Origin: Lingula anatina
Taxonomy: Eukaryota > Animalia > Brachiopoda
Direction of reading: 5' to 3'
Length of the DNA stretch: 64,000 nucleotides
NCBI GenBank assembly: GCA_051362555.1
Contig: CM120641.1
Location: 20,026,001-20,090,000, forward strand
Under the pieces are notes generated by a model. That model saw nothing but the letters and a program-made list of their open reading frames with translations, was not told the DNA's origin and ran no database searches. Position numbers and translations under genes: made by a program. Shown one piece after another: positions 53,302 to 64,000 of the stretch (positions within the stretch are counted from its first letter, which is position 1; every line of letters begins with the position of its first letter).

Positions 53302-53485
53302 GGGAACAAGGATAACAGCAGGCGATTTGTGCTATGTTCCATCAGGAGAATTGAGTGTCATCAAACACCGCCATGTTGATAATAACCCTCCAGACAGAGT
53401 TTACTTACTTATGCACCCAGAGGAACAAAATTTTCGAAAAGATACTTCTGAACTTCCTCCAAGAAGACCCCATTTCAAAGTATGA
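53302..53485 (+). CDS. Candidate alternative last exon B of the 50888 gene
   Basis: Acceptor ctctgattgtag, phase 2 matching the donor at 51593; encodes GTRITAGD..PDRVYLLMHPEEQN..HFKV*. Confidence 0.6.
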
Positions 53486-53537
53486 AATGGACAAACTTTG
53501 AATAAGACCCTTTTGTCTTATTCCCTGGAAAAAGTCA

Positions 53538-53577
<40 letters not shown>

Positions 53578-53964
53578 AAACATTCAAATACACTTTCATG
53601 GACATGAAGTGAAGAAATCTATAAAGTGTACTTTTTCACTCAATGTGATGAAAAAATAGGGAAAATACTTCCATATTTATTACTATTTATTGATGATATT
53701 ATGTCAAAATTGCTCATTTTTTATCATATGTTAAAGTATTCATCAGATAAATTTATAAGTATTAAAAATGAGGGCCAATGATATACATATAGATCAGCAT
53801 AATATCAGAACAAGTTCTCAAAAGTAATAATATTGCTCAAAACTTGACTGGGCAAGGTTAGGTACGATAGGCTGGTTCACAGTTGGATTACCTCAATTGC
53901 CTGTATTGAATTTAATGGTATGCATATTTTCATTGTGTGATAAGCTACAAATAACTGTTTGTTC

Positions 53965-53969
<5 letters not shown>

Positions 53970-54013
<44 letters not shown>
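53970..54013. repeat. (TA)n microsatellite
   Basis: About 22 uninterrupted AT units. Confidence 0.95.
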
Positions 54014-54015
<2 letters not shown>

Positions 54016-54323
54016 CTAAAACTTTCAACTAAACTTCCACCGACAGCAGTTCCTTTGCCTTGCTTGATAGTGTAGTGCTGTGTCAATAGAAGAAACTTCA
54101 ATATCATTCAGCTGTGAACTTATAAAATGTATCTTATAAGAAAAATTATATTTATTAACTTGAATTTCAGACACTTTTTGCAAACTTTCTTACTTGGAAT
54201 TACAATTTGTCATGTGTATATTGGCTGAGCTTCAGGCACAATCTACAACCATTTTTAGGTGCTCTTTTCATAGTGTGATTTCTAAAGAAATAAATCTCCA
54301 TCAAGCTTGATTTTGAATTTAAG

Positions 54324-54567
54324 GAAACTGCCAGACTCTCGCAGTGAAAAGACAAGTTGGTATGAAAAACGTGCATACGACCATAGCCGTGAAGGTCCAA
54401 TTCTTGGATCGACATGGCGGAGTATCAGCCGTGAATTACATCATCAAGATCATAATATGGCAACTAGCAATTCTGAAGCATTTATGCAACTATTCAATCC
54501 AAAAACTATCAGTGTCCCAAGAACCCCAAAGACTCCAGTTAGGACTTTGAGGAAATATTTCAAATGA
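54324..54567 (+). CDS. Candidate alternative last exon C of the 50888 gene
   Basis: Weaker acceptor ttttgaatttaag, phase 2; ~80 open codons KLPDSRSEK..LRKYFK*; ATTAAA at 54575-54580. Confidence 0.45.
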
Positions 54568-55858
54568 TCAGGTTTATTAAAGCCTTTCAGACTGCTGTGA
54601 TTGCTGTAAATAATAATATCTACTGCCCAGTTTAATTGAAAATGTATTTTTTTTCTGTGGCTCTCTTTAGAAACTGGAACAGTCAATATTTTCATTAAAA
54701 TAGTATGCTTTTTTTATTTGGTGAGTTTAAATAATGAGAATTAGTCTATATTTAGTTGCTAAAGATTGATTTTTATGTTCATATAACCAATATCAGTATT
54801 TTTCTGTACTTTGATGGGTGTCACTTTTGTATGTTCCCATAAATCATATAAAGAATTTCAAAGTCTTTTCACTGTACTATCATTCTTGTATATATCAGGT
54901 GTGATAATCATTATTGATTTAATTAATCAACTTGCTCAATTGCTTTTTTACCAAATGAATACTCTGACCATTGCCACTTTCAGGCAATCCTAAATTAAGT
55001 CAGTTGTATTATTATGATTTAGCTGTAAAAATATTTTGAGTTAAACCATGTCAGCTTTAGCATTTGTATTTTTGTTAACATTTATACAGGTTTATGTATT
55101 TGTCACTTTATGTTGTTAGTCTAGTTGCACCTTCACTTTTAAAAAGTGAACATATATATATATGGAAATCAATCAATGTATGAAAAATTAAGTGTAAAGC
55201 AATTGTTATTGCTAAAAGGTTATGGGTTTTCCTGTTGGCCCTTTGTTTAAAATTGTATTAAAGTCAATATCGTTGACATTTAATTATGAATAAAGCAAAT
55301 GTGTAAAAATATATATAAATAGAAAGTATGGTGCCTTGATTAAAATTGGGTTTATGTGAAATATGCCAGGTGAATGGACTGAGTGAATAATGGCCTGTGA
55401 CACAGGTGAATGTGAGAACAAAAATAAGTAAAATACCAGTATAAAAAATTTAAAAAGAGAGAAAGAAAAATCATACATTTCTCTCTTATTTCCTCTTTTT
55501 TAATTTGATGGCTTTCAAAACCACATAGTCTGATTTTACTTTGCTGACAAAATTAGTTTCCAGTGATATCACAAATCATTTTCAGTTATGTGGGTTTTTT
55601 TTAATGTACTAATATACCTACCTTTGAAATGTCTTTATTTCATTCCCTAGACTTTTTTAATTGAAAAGAAAAGATTAAGCAGTTGTACGGCCCTTTGCTC
55701 CCAAATTTTATGATTGGCACAATGTCCTTGAATCTTGTTGGCATGAAGTACCGGTAACAATACCCTAGGGCAAGAGTAAAAGCAGTCAAAGATGATCAAC
55801 TTCAAGCTTAATATAATATGTTAATGCCTTATTTAAGTACATAATTACTTGAATCTAA

Positions 55859-56071
55859 GGCTGTATTCCCAGAGCTTTTAGATCGATCTATCCCCGCGGG
55901 GAGTCTCACTAGATTACTGTCAGATAATCCGGCTTAAATGTCCGTCCCGCCTACTACAAGCTGTAAGGGGGTAATTAACTTTGTGTCCGCCCGGCTGACA
56001 GCTATTTAGCGTGAACCCCCAGAGAGTTAGGTCGATCTAAAGTATATCGATCTAATCTCTGGAAATGGGGT
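55859..56071. mobile_element. Degenerate MITE-like insertion
   Basis: GC/CpG-rich island with imperfect inverted ends (ATTCCCAGAGCTTTTAGATCGAT versus ATCGATCTAATCTCTGGAAAT). Confidence 0.45.
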
Positions 56072-56466
56072 CTAAAGCAGTGGACCAGTACCCTCCCCTT
56101 CTGCTTTTCGAGTTTTGGACAGTTACAGTTAAAAGAAGTATATGTGTGTGTGTGTGTGTGCATGTTTGTGTGTGTGTGTTGGCTCATCAGACAGATGATA
56201 TTATCAGTTTTTTATTAATTAACAAATGCTCTTACTCCATTAAAAAAAATGTATTCCAACTCTTATTCTGAATAATAGAATAATATTCTGACTGGAGCAC
56301 CATTATGCTTGTTGAACTAAAAACACTGTGAATAGCGCAGCACCTCTCAACACATCAAGAAACAACAGTGTTAATTAAATGTTAGGTTATGCTTCATTTA
56401 TTCCAAAAATCAAACAGATATATAAGCTTATCATACACTATGCCAAGAAAGATGAGGGTCTGACGC

Positions 56467-57315
56467 TCACTCCTCACATCTTCTATCTGCTGCCACTCCA
56501 ATGATAATATTCTCACCTGAAGGTGAAATATCTATTTTAAAAAAAGTCTGATTGCCATTATTTTTTAAAAAGTAAAAGCTCGTAATAATATTTATTATAC
56601 ATATACATTTGATATTGTACTTATAAGTAAACCTTGATTTGATGGAGGTGAATGATTTGAAAAGCAACATTTGCAGACTTGGTGAAAGCAAACTAAAGGT
56701 GAAATATAACAATTATTGTGTTAGTTGTGCTCACCCATTGCTTGGCGTTGTTTCATCTCCAGGCACAACATACATTCATTTCCATATGTCTTTCCATTGG
56801 TACCACACACAGGGCGATATATCTTCTCACAGCCACGAATAATCTCATCATATTTAGCACAGCCAAACCGTGGCTGTTACAAAGAAAAATAAAAGTTTAT
56901 AGCTGTTTTCTTCCTGCAATATGTTTTGCCAAATTATTATAAATTAAAGAAAATAGTAAAGTGTACTATCTTAATCAATAGTGTATTGATAGGTATAAGA
57001 CAGATCATTTATAAAATCATCAGTCATAACTATACTGTCTTGTTACTTACATACTCTTCATTACACAGGGCCAAGGTGGCTGTAAAGAAAAAAAAATAAA
57101 TATGAGCAAGCAAAATTGTTCATATTACAGCACACTTGCTATGTTGAAAACTAATCATTACCAACAATAACTGAAATAGAGAACCTGACATGGGAAGTCG
57201 AAAAAGCTGAATATGACAATAACAGCACAAGTGCATACATTTGGGGCATATTGCTGAAAGATAATCATAAGAACTCACCTGAGAGAAACAATAGAGCCAG
57301 AGTGATCCAGTGCAT
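56467..57315 (-). CDS. Secreted single-domain Kazal serine protease inhibitor, 84 aa, SPINK/PSTI-like, P1 Lys
   Basis: Exons 57279-57315, 57051-57079, 56735-56873, 56467-56516 give MHWITLALLFLSATLALCNEEYPRFGCAKYDEIIRGCEKIYRPVCGTNGKTYGNECMLCLEMKQRQAMGENIIIGVAADRRCEE*; signal peptide, six Kazal Cys, canonical splice sites. Confidence 0.9.
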
Positions 57316-58334
57316 GATGAGTTGCTGGTGTTGCTAATGAAAGCAGTTTGACAGTGACAATTACAGTGACAACAGTTAATTACAGAGCCAAACATGTAAG
57401 GAGGCTGGAACGGGCTCAAAAAGGAAAGGTAGGGAAGCCTGGTAGTATTTTTCATCCATCATTGAATGTATGAAAACTTGTCATGTCTTATAATATATTC
57501 ATTGTCACTTTGCAAATCATTATTGTCATGAGGAATGGAGTGTTTTAAACATGTTCATATAATAGAATAGACAAAAATGTAAGCTCCCAAGTTAAAATGT
57601 TTCCTTAACTTGCTCCTGGAGGGCATCATAAGCCTCATAGATATCAAAGTTACGAGTCTGAGAACCCTTGCAGATGTGTATAAGTTCATGACTTCCAATA
57701 TTCATATCAACATTGCTTTAGGCTATCAAGGTCAGTTATATTTTAATTGATTTATTAAATCATTTAAAATCTTTAGTGTGACAATGCTGTGATTATATAG
57801 AAATATACTTTGTTAGCAGGATAAAAGTTAAAAATATCATTCAGACCATTAGAATGAATAAAAGAACAACAAAATGCTTTCTAGAATCAATTTATTTTTC
57901 ACCTTTTGAAATTTGCAATAAAATGTTTGGAACTGAAAAGAATGATATGCTTACTACTAGGAACTGATAAAAGAAAATAGCAAACTAAGCCATTGTGACC
58001 AGGAAATTTTATAACAAAATCAATTCAAACTGCAAAATTAAAAGGTATTACATAGTTACTTTAGAAAATAAGATATCGTCACATTTCTTTAAATATTTTA
58101 AATCTATTCTAACAATTTTTATCAACGTGAAAAAAGAAAGGAAAAAAATAAATTGTCAATTTCATTTGGATTATTTATCATTGACCTGTGAACATGCATG
58201 TACAACTTTGAAAGTCTCTTTTAGTCCTTTAATTCTGTTTTTGAGGAAATATCTCCAAGTGTCACAATCTGTTTTCAACTGGCACACCTTCATGTGCCAT
58301 GTCTGTTCTCAAGTGTAGTTTCTTCGAGTTAGAT

Positions 58335-61300
58335 TTAGGCCACATTTTTACACTCCCCAAGGCTCTTCAGCTTTATGTCCTGCCCATAGGCCAACATCCT
58401 ACACTCAGCCTGGGAATAGTAGCAGGTGTTTCCTGAAAGTTAACATTAATATACATGTAAGATAAATTAACAATGTCACTACAGTTGATATATTAGTACA
58501 GGTATTATAGTTTCAATTAGAAACCTCTTCAAATCTTTCAAGTTCAAACCCTTCTGCATGTTATAAACTTCTTTTAGTTGTGCAGTTAAAATGAACATAA
58601 TTATCAGAAAATGTCATGCATATTTAAAATGATGCTCAAATTAGTTTTAAAAAAGTGATGCAAATAATAATTCATTGTCACTTTGTTAACTCACTGTATG
58701 TGACGTTGTTGGAGGCACACACAGGGCGGTAGTAGGTTGGGCATGGTCCCAGCTTGGAACAAGCAGACAAAGGGTTTCCAGTCGTATAGGGCTTCACTGT
58801 AGTTGGCTGTTTACAGTTGCCATAATACTTGACAGTCAGCTTCCCTCCGATATATTGCAGCTTGCAGGCCTGGTTCTGGAGGTGGCATAGACTACCTGGA
58901 ATGCAGAAACAAACTTTTTCAATGTACAGTAAAAAAAAAAAAAAAAAAAAAATTACATATTAAACTTTTGGTTCTCAAATTGCTTATATTGGTTGTAAAA
59001 TATGTCATTAATTACAAAACTACACAGCACAAAATATATATTTACCTAAAAGAAATCAAAGGATTTAAAGAAAAGTGCTATGTGGGCTCGTTAACTGTGT
59101 AAGGCTGACAACTGTAAAATAAAGTCTGTTTCATGACTCTACTTGGATTTATAAAGAGCTCAAGGTAGAATTCCTGTTTTGACATGATAATTCAGTTTAA
59201 GGGGGGCGCTAGCTGGATGCATCTGCAGAGAACTCACTTTTACCAAGACCACAAAAAAAGCATTTCAGAATACAATGATTTTATCATTTGCAATATCATT
59301 TTTAAGATTTTGGTAAAAAGGGGAGTTGTAATTAACAAATTAGGATGCTCATGGATGCAGCCCATTGAGGGGAAGAGCAAATTATTTTACCATACTTGGT
59401 CTGCAGTTTGACTTGTCAATATGATCCCTAGCTTAGACAGAAGATTGTGATTGCAATTGGCAATGAACTTACGGTATGACCTTCCATCACTTCCACACAC
59501 AGGTTTGTAGGTCCATCCACAGTTCTGATTGCATGGTTTTGGGGTGGTGGTTTTGTATGGACAGTATCCCTTGGAGGCAACTGATACAGTTCTGTTGTAA
59601 ATACAATTCATGTACTCCAGATAACAAACAGCTGAAATAGGATGGAAATATAGTTAAAGATTTACAAACAAAAAATCTGAAGGAATAGAGTCATCATATT
59701 CAGATATAGAAATATTTTTTTCAATCATTCATCCGTGATCACCTTTGTCATAAAAAAAGATCATAAGGTGAAAATAATATAGAACCTTCAAATTATGTTT
59801 CATCCTGCAAACAACTTACTGAAGTAGTTTCTCCCATCAGTTCCACAGACTGGATTGCGTGGCCCACCAGCAGGGCAAAGTGTCCCATTGTACACACAAC
59901 GGCTCGTGGTTGGTTTCAGAGTAGACTGTGGTGGACAACTTCCCTGCCTGACAACTGTGACGTCTCTGTTGTTACGACAGTTAGAGTAGTCCATGTAACA
60001 GGAACCTAACAAAGATGAGTAAGAGTATTAAGCAAAATAAAATGAAAATAAAGAAATTATAACCAGATACCTGATAATTAACATTTTATATTTTTTCCTA
60101 TCTGTCAAACTGTACCAGATACTTTACATGCAAGGATTTGATTAATAGAAATTCTGGGGTTAAGGTACATTCTTTTTAAAAATTAAGTCCACTGAAAGGT
60201 ACCCAAATTGTCCATTTTGAAAATCAACATACTGACCATTGACCTAAGGAGGAAAAAAACACTGTAATGAAACAAACAAGACAAAAGAGAAGAGAAATTA
60301 CAAAAACCCTATTTATCCTACTTGAATATGTCTTTCCATCTGATCCACAGACAGGTCTGTAAGGGCAGGATTTATAAGCACAATATTTTGGCAAGGGTTT
60401 GAAGAGAGTTCCATTTTTGCATGGTCCGCGATACAAGTAACGGAGGCTCAGACCCTTCTGTCTGTACTCACAGACAGCTTTGCTGTAGCAGTTGAGGTTT
60501 CCTAGGATATAAATGAGTAAAATAATTATTTCATATGTTTTTTCAATTTCAGTTCTATCATGTGAGAGAGAGAGGAAATGAAAGAGAGAGAGCAAAGGAG
60601 GCACAGAAAAAAAAAAAAAAAGAGTTGAAATGGAGGAAGAAATAAAAAATAATGAAATGTAAAAAAAGGCAAAACTCTGCAAAAAGTAAATAATTTTCCA
60701 AGTTCCAATTATGTTTACATACTGTAAGTGACGCCATCAGCACCACACACAGGAGAGTAGAATGAAGGGCAGTAGTATCGGCTACATGGAGATCTGGTGG
60801 TGAATACAGGGTATCCAGTGTAGTTTTTGATAGGGTATTTGGTGTAATTACTGATTGGGTGTTTGGTGTAGTTCAGTGGGCGGAAAGTCGCTGTGCTCTT
60901 TGGCATCTGAGGAAGAAAAAAATACAGTACAATATCTAAATCAACTGTACAACAAATTTCATATAATTTCAAGTAATTTTAACAATTAGCATAAGCATGA
61001 AGATGGTATATAATTATTTTACTGAATACTTAAACTGAATTTCCCATATTTTTTCGAAATGACCAAATTTAACTTAAATATTGGATTTTACTTTAAGATA
61101 AATTCATTGAAATCTATCCATATAATATATCCCTGTTTGCATGAGTATGATTGCACAATTTTAATTTTTTCAAAATAACTTTTTAATGTTTTTAACATGG
61201 CAAAATTATAAATATTGCCATTCGAATGCGTAAAAAGATAAATAAATTGTTCTCCCTTTACCTAATTCAAATATAAGAAACTATTATTTAAAATATTTTA

Positions 61301-62722
61301 CAGTTTATTGGTGTATTAAATAAAATGTTGTCATCAACAAAATTGCCCTGTCAGCATCATTCCATACATTGGTAGGCAACTTTGTCCCAGTAGGTTCTGG
61401 TGGCTCCGTTTCTCCAGATCCCTCTGGGTCTGTCACTTCTGTGGGAACAGTTGGTGGTCGGGTTGGTTGAGTTGGGTGACGAGTGGCTGGTGCACATTCT
61501 CCGTCACTGACTTTGACCAAAGCATCTTCAGTATTACAGATAACCATTTTGAGCTCACAGTCATTGCCTTGGCAAAAGAAAGAAAATATAAATATACTGG
61601 GTGTATTATCTTGAATTTCAAGGAACATGTTATTTTTGACTAAGGTCTAGCCACTCTACTAAATAAGAAAACCCTGCCAATCACAAATGGACTAATCAAA
61701 ATGTAATGTGTCAGTAAAATGACATGTGATGTAATTTAATACACATGTGATTGGTGCAGTGATTGGTGCAGTGGAAATAAATGTGCTGAAGTTCAAAGGC
61801 AACAAATGGACCTGTATGTTTTAAAATGAAGGAGATAGTCTGCATTGGTTCTCAAATTCAGGCAAATTGTATAAAAGGGCTAAAGAAATATCATGGTATA
61901 AAGGCAAAATCATCTCAGCCAGAGGATATTGTACTGAATCAATATAGCATGACTTTAACTTCGTGTTTGTGACCATACCATAGGTTTTGCCATTGGAGGC
62001 ACATACTGGCTTGTACATCTCTGGGCATTCTTTAGGGCACTGGGCACTGATGCCTAGAAGAATATAATGTAATCTTTAAACTGTTTTATCAATATTTCAT
62101 TAGATTTCTCTAAAAAAATATCTGATACATATGAGTACTACCTATTTTTCTCAGAATATTTGATATAGGAAATACTACAGAAAACCGCTTTATATCCAGC
62201 AAGATAGAGCACAATGAAGTTGATATTCACATCAATAATTAACCTAGTATTTATTTTAAAGATAACTGTGATGTCACAAGAGCTGGTCACAGGTTACATA
62301 TAAAATATTACAGTCACTAAGGATCAGTAACTCACTCTGCATATTCTGGAATATTATTTAGTCTGTCGATGTTTAATTAATTGTAAAAATGTTTATTTTT
62401 TGATACAAAAGTTTTAAAGGATAACAAACACTAAATTAATTTCAATAAATTAATTTCAAGTCTGAAAAGTGAATAATCTAAAAAAAAGAAAAAAGGGCAG
62501 TGTAGAAAATGGACACATGGTCTCATCCTTTAATTTTGATCACCCTCTTTTCACATTTAATCCCTTGATCATGCAAGAAAATTCTTTTTAAAATTTGTAC
62601 TTCAAATGTACAAATCTCATCAAGGGGTACACAAAAGTTCACTGTTATATCCAAAACAAACAAAGAAAAACAAACAACTTACCCGCAATGAGCAAAACTG
62701 CAACAAAAATTTGTACACGCAT
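58335..62722 (-). CDS. Secreted six-Kazal-domain protease inhibitor-like protein (~440 aa) with Pro/Thr-rich linkers
   Basis: Exons 62683-62722 (signal MRVQIFVAVLLIA), 61979-62053, 61368-61567, 60723-60906, 60322-60501, 59820-60005, 59473-59631, 58695-58895, 58335-58432; six PVC(G/A)x(D/N)xxxY motifs; consistent phases; AATAAA on minus at 57891-57896. Confidence 0.92.
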
Positions 62723-63841
62723 CTTGCTTGGTTTGTACTTGGTCTCTGATGTGATTTGTCCAATAACCTTGTAAATATTAAGTCACTGTATTGTTTGTTT
62801 GTGTTAAGTATTTGTTTTGATTATCATCTAGTTAGTGGAACACTGAACCATCATTTATTGTCTAAAGAGGGGGCAGAGGGGTCTCTATTTCCAGTGTCTT
62901 TTTACCCAACAGCATTTTAAACACATATAAAGTACACTGCATCATGCATGTGTTGCTAAGTGTAACCCCCTCAATAGATTTTTATTGCTGTCCTAACCAA
63001 TAAACAACAAAAATAAAAACACAGATAAAATGTGTACCTTTTCTCCCCTCTTCCCAGGGCATATCCCCTGGTACGGTCATCCAACTATCTGTCATATCTG
63101 TATATGCCACTCAGTTATTAATTAACAACAAGGGCATTGGACTAGAGTCCACCAAATCTGTCTCAGTGAACTTTTCAGTGCAAAACTTAATTGTATTGTA
63201 CAAAGTTTTATCTCTAAAAATGAATAGAAAATTTGTAATATACTATAATAAAGGTTATATTTTTCAAGAAGATGATAAGCCAGTACAAAAACCACTGAAC
63301 CATCCACTTTGAATGTTCATTGTACAAGAAAACCAAATCCAGCTAATGCTATGAGTGGATTGCTTGTTGTTTAGATCAGACACAAACTAGAGATAAAAGT
63401 GGGCAATAATTAACTGGAATGACATGCGGTGGGTAAGATCTTGGCTAAACTGCTATCTGCTGGTAGGTTTATCAGTTATTGTATGATACCCAAATGGAAG
63501 TAGGATGAAATAAGATGTCAGTCATTTATTTTCTTTATTATTATTTTTTTTTGTCTGAATTCTTCATTAATGAAAAACTGGTACATGTTTTGTAAATTTA
63601 AGTAATATCAAATCCAGTTTTCACCAAAAAAAAAAAAAAAGGAACATTTAATTGTTATAAACTATTTAAAACCAGGTGGATTTTAATTACAGTTCTGCAG
63701 CACTCTTTTTAAAAGCTGTAAATATATGGATTCAAGATGTTTATTCTCACTCGGATATTTTTTCAATATAATACACAAGTTTTTTTGTGTCTTCTTATGT
63801 TCTTTCATCTGAGGTCAGGCATACATGGTTGAAGGTTCATA

Positions 63842-63927
63842 TTAACACTCTCCTACTCCTGCCAAAGACAATGAAGTCCCTGCATTCTTAGCTTGACAAT
63901 ATGCCTGTTGGTAAAGGCAAACATTAC
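63842..63927 (-). CDS. Terminal exon of a third Kazal-domain gene (rest lies right of the window)
   Basis: Acceptor tttttctcag, phase 1, NVCLYQQAYCQAKNAGTSLSLAGVGEC*: second half of a Kazal domain, parallel to exon 58335-58432. Confidence 0.8.
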
Positions 63928-64000
63928 CTGAGAAAAATAAAAGAAAAAAAATAGAGGCTATGTAAAATCCTCAATATATCTGTTCACTTAAAATAAAAGT

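Noticed and set aside
54171-54278. Exon after acceptor tttcag at 54170 joined to a donor at 53480
   Set aside because: Gives a short, non-protein-like peptide; the alternative-last-exon model fits better, but this is not excluded.

Overview
AT-rich, intron-containing animal (invertebrate-like) genomic DNA; most short ORFs in the supplied track are noise. Gene models built by hand from splice sites and reading phase: (1) a CDKL2/3-type kinase on the minus strand (first coding exon 6579-6746, gene runs off the left edge); (2) an intronless GALNT-like gene on + (2342-3904), apparently nested antisense in the CDKL intron, with its metal-binding motifs degenerated; (3) a ~31-kb CTDSP/SCP (small CTD phosphatase) gene on minus (16266-47563) with two tandem copies of the catalytic DLDET exon and several candidate alternative phase-1 N-terminal exons, including a 380-codon Asn/Ser-rich low-complexity exon; (4) a small unknown + strand gene (50888-54567) with three candidate alternative last exons; (5) a minus-strand Kazal protease-inhibitor cluster: a 4-exon single-domain SPINK/PSTI-like gene, a 9-exon six-domain gene, and the last exon of a third gene. 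Several non-autonomous DNA transposons/MITEs with visible TIRs and TSDs are also present. No database searches were run; all isoform claims are predictions from sequence.
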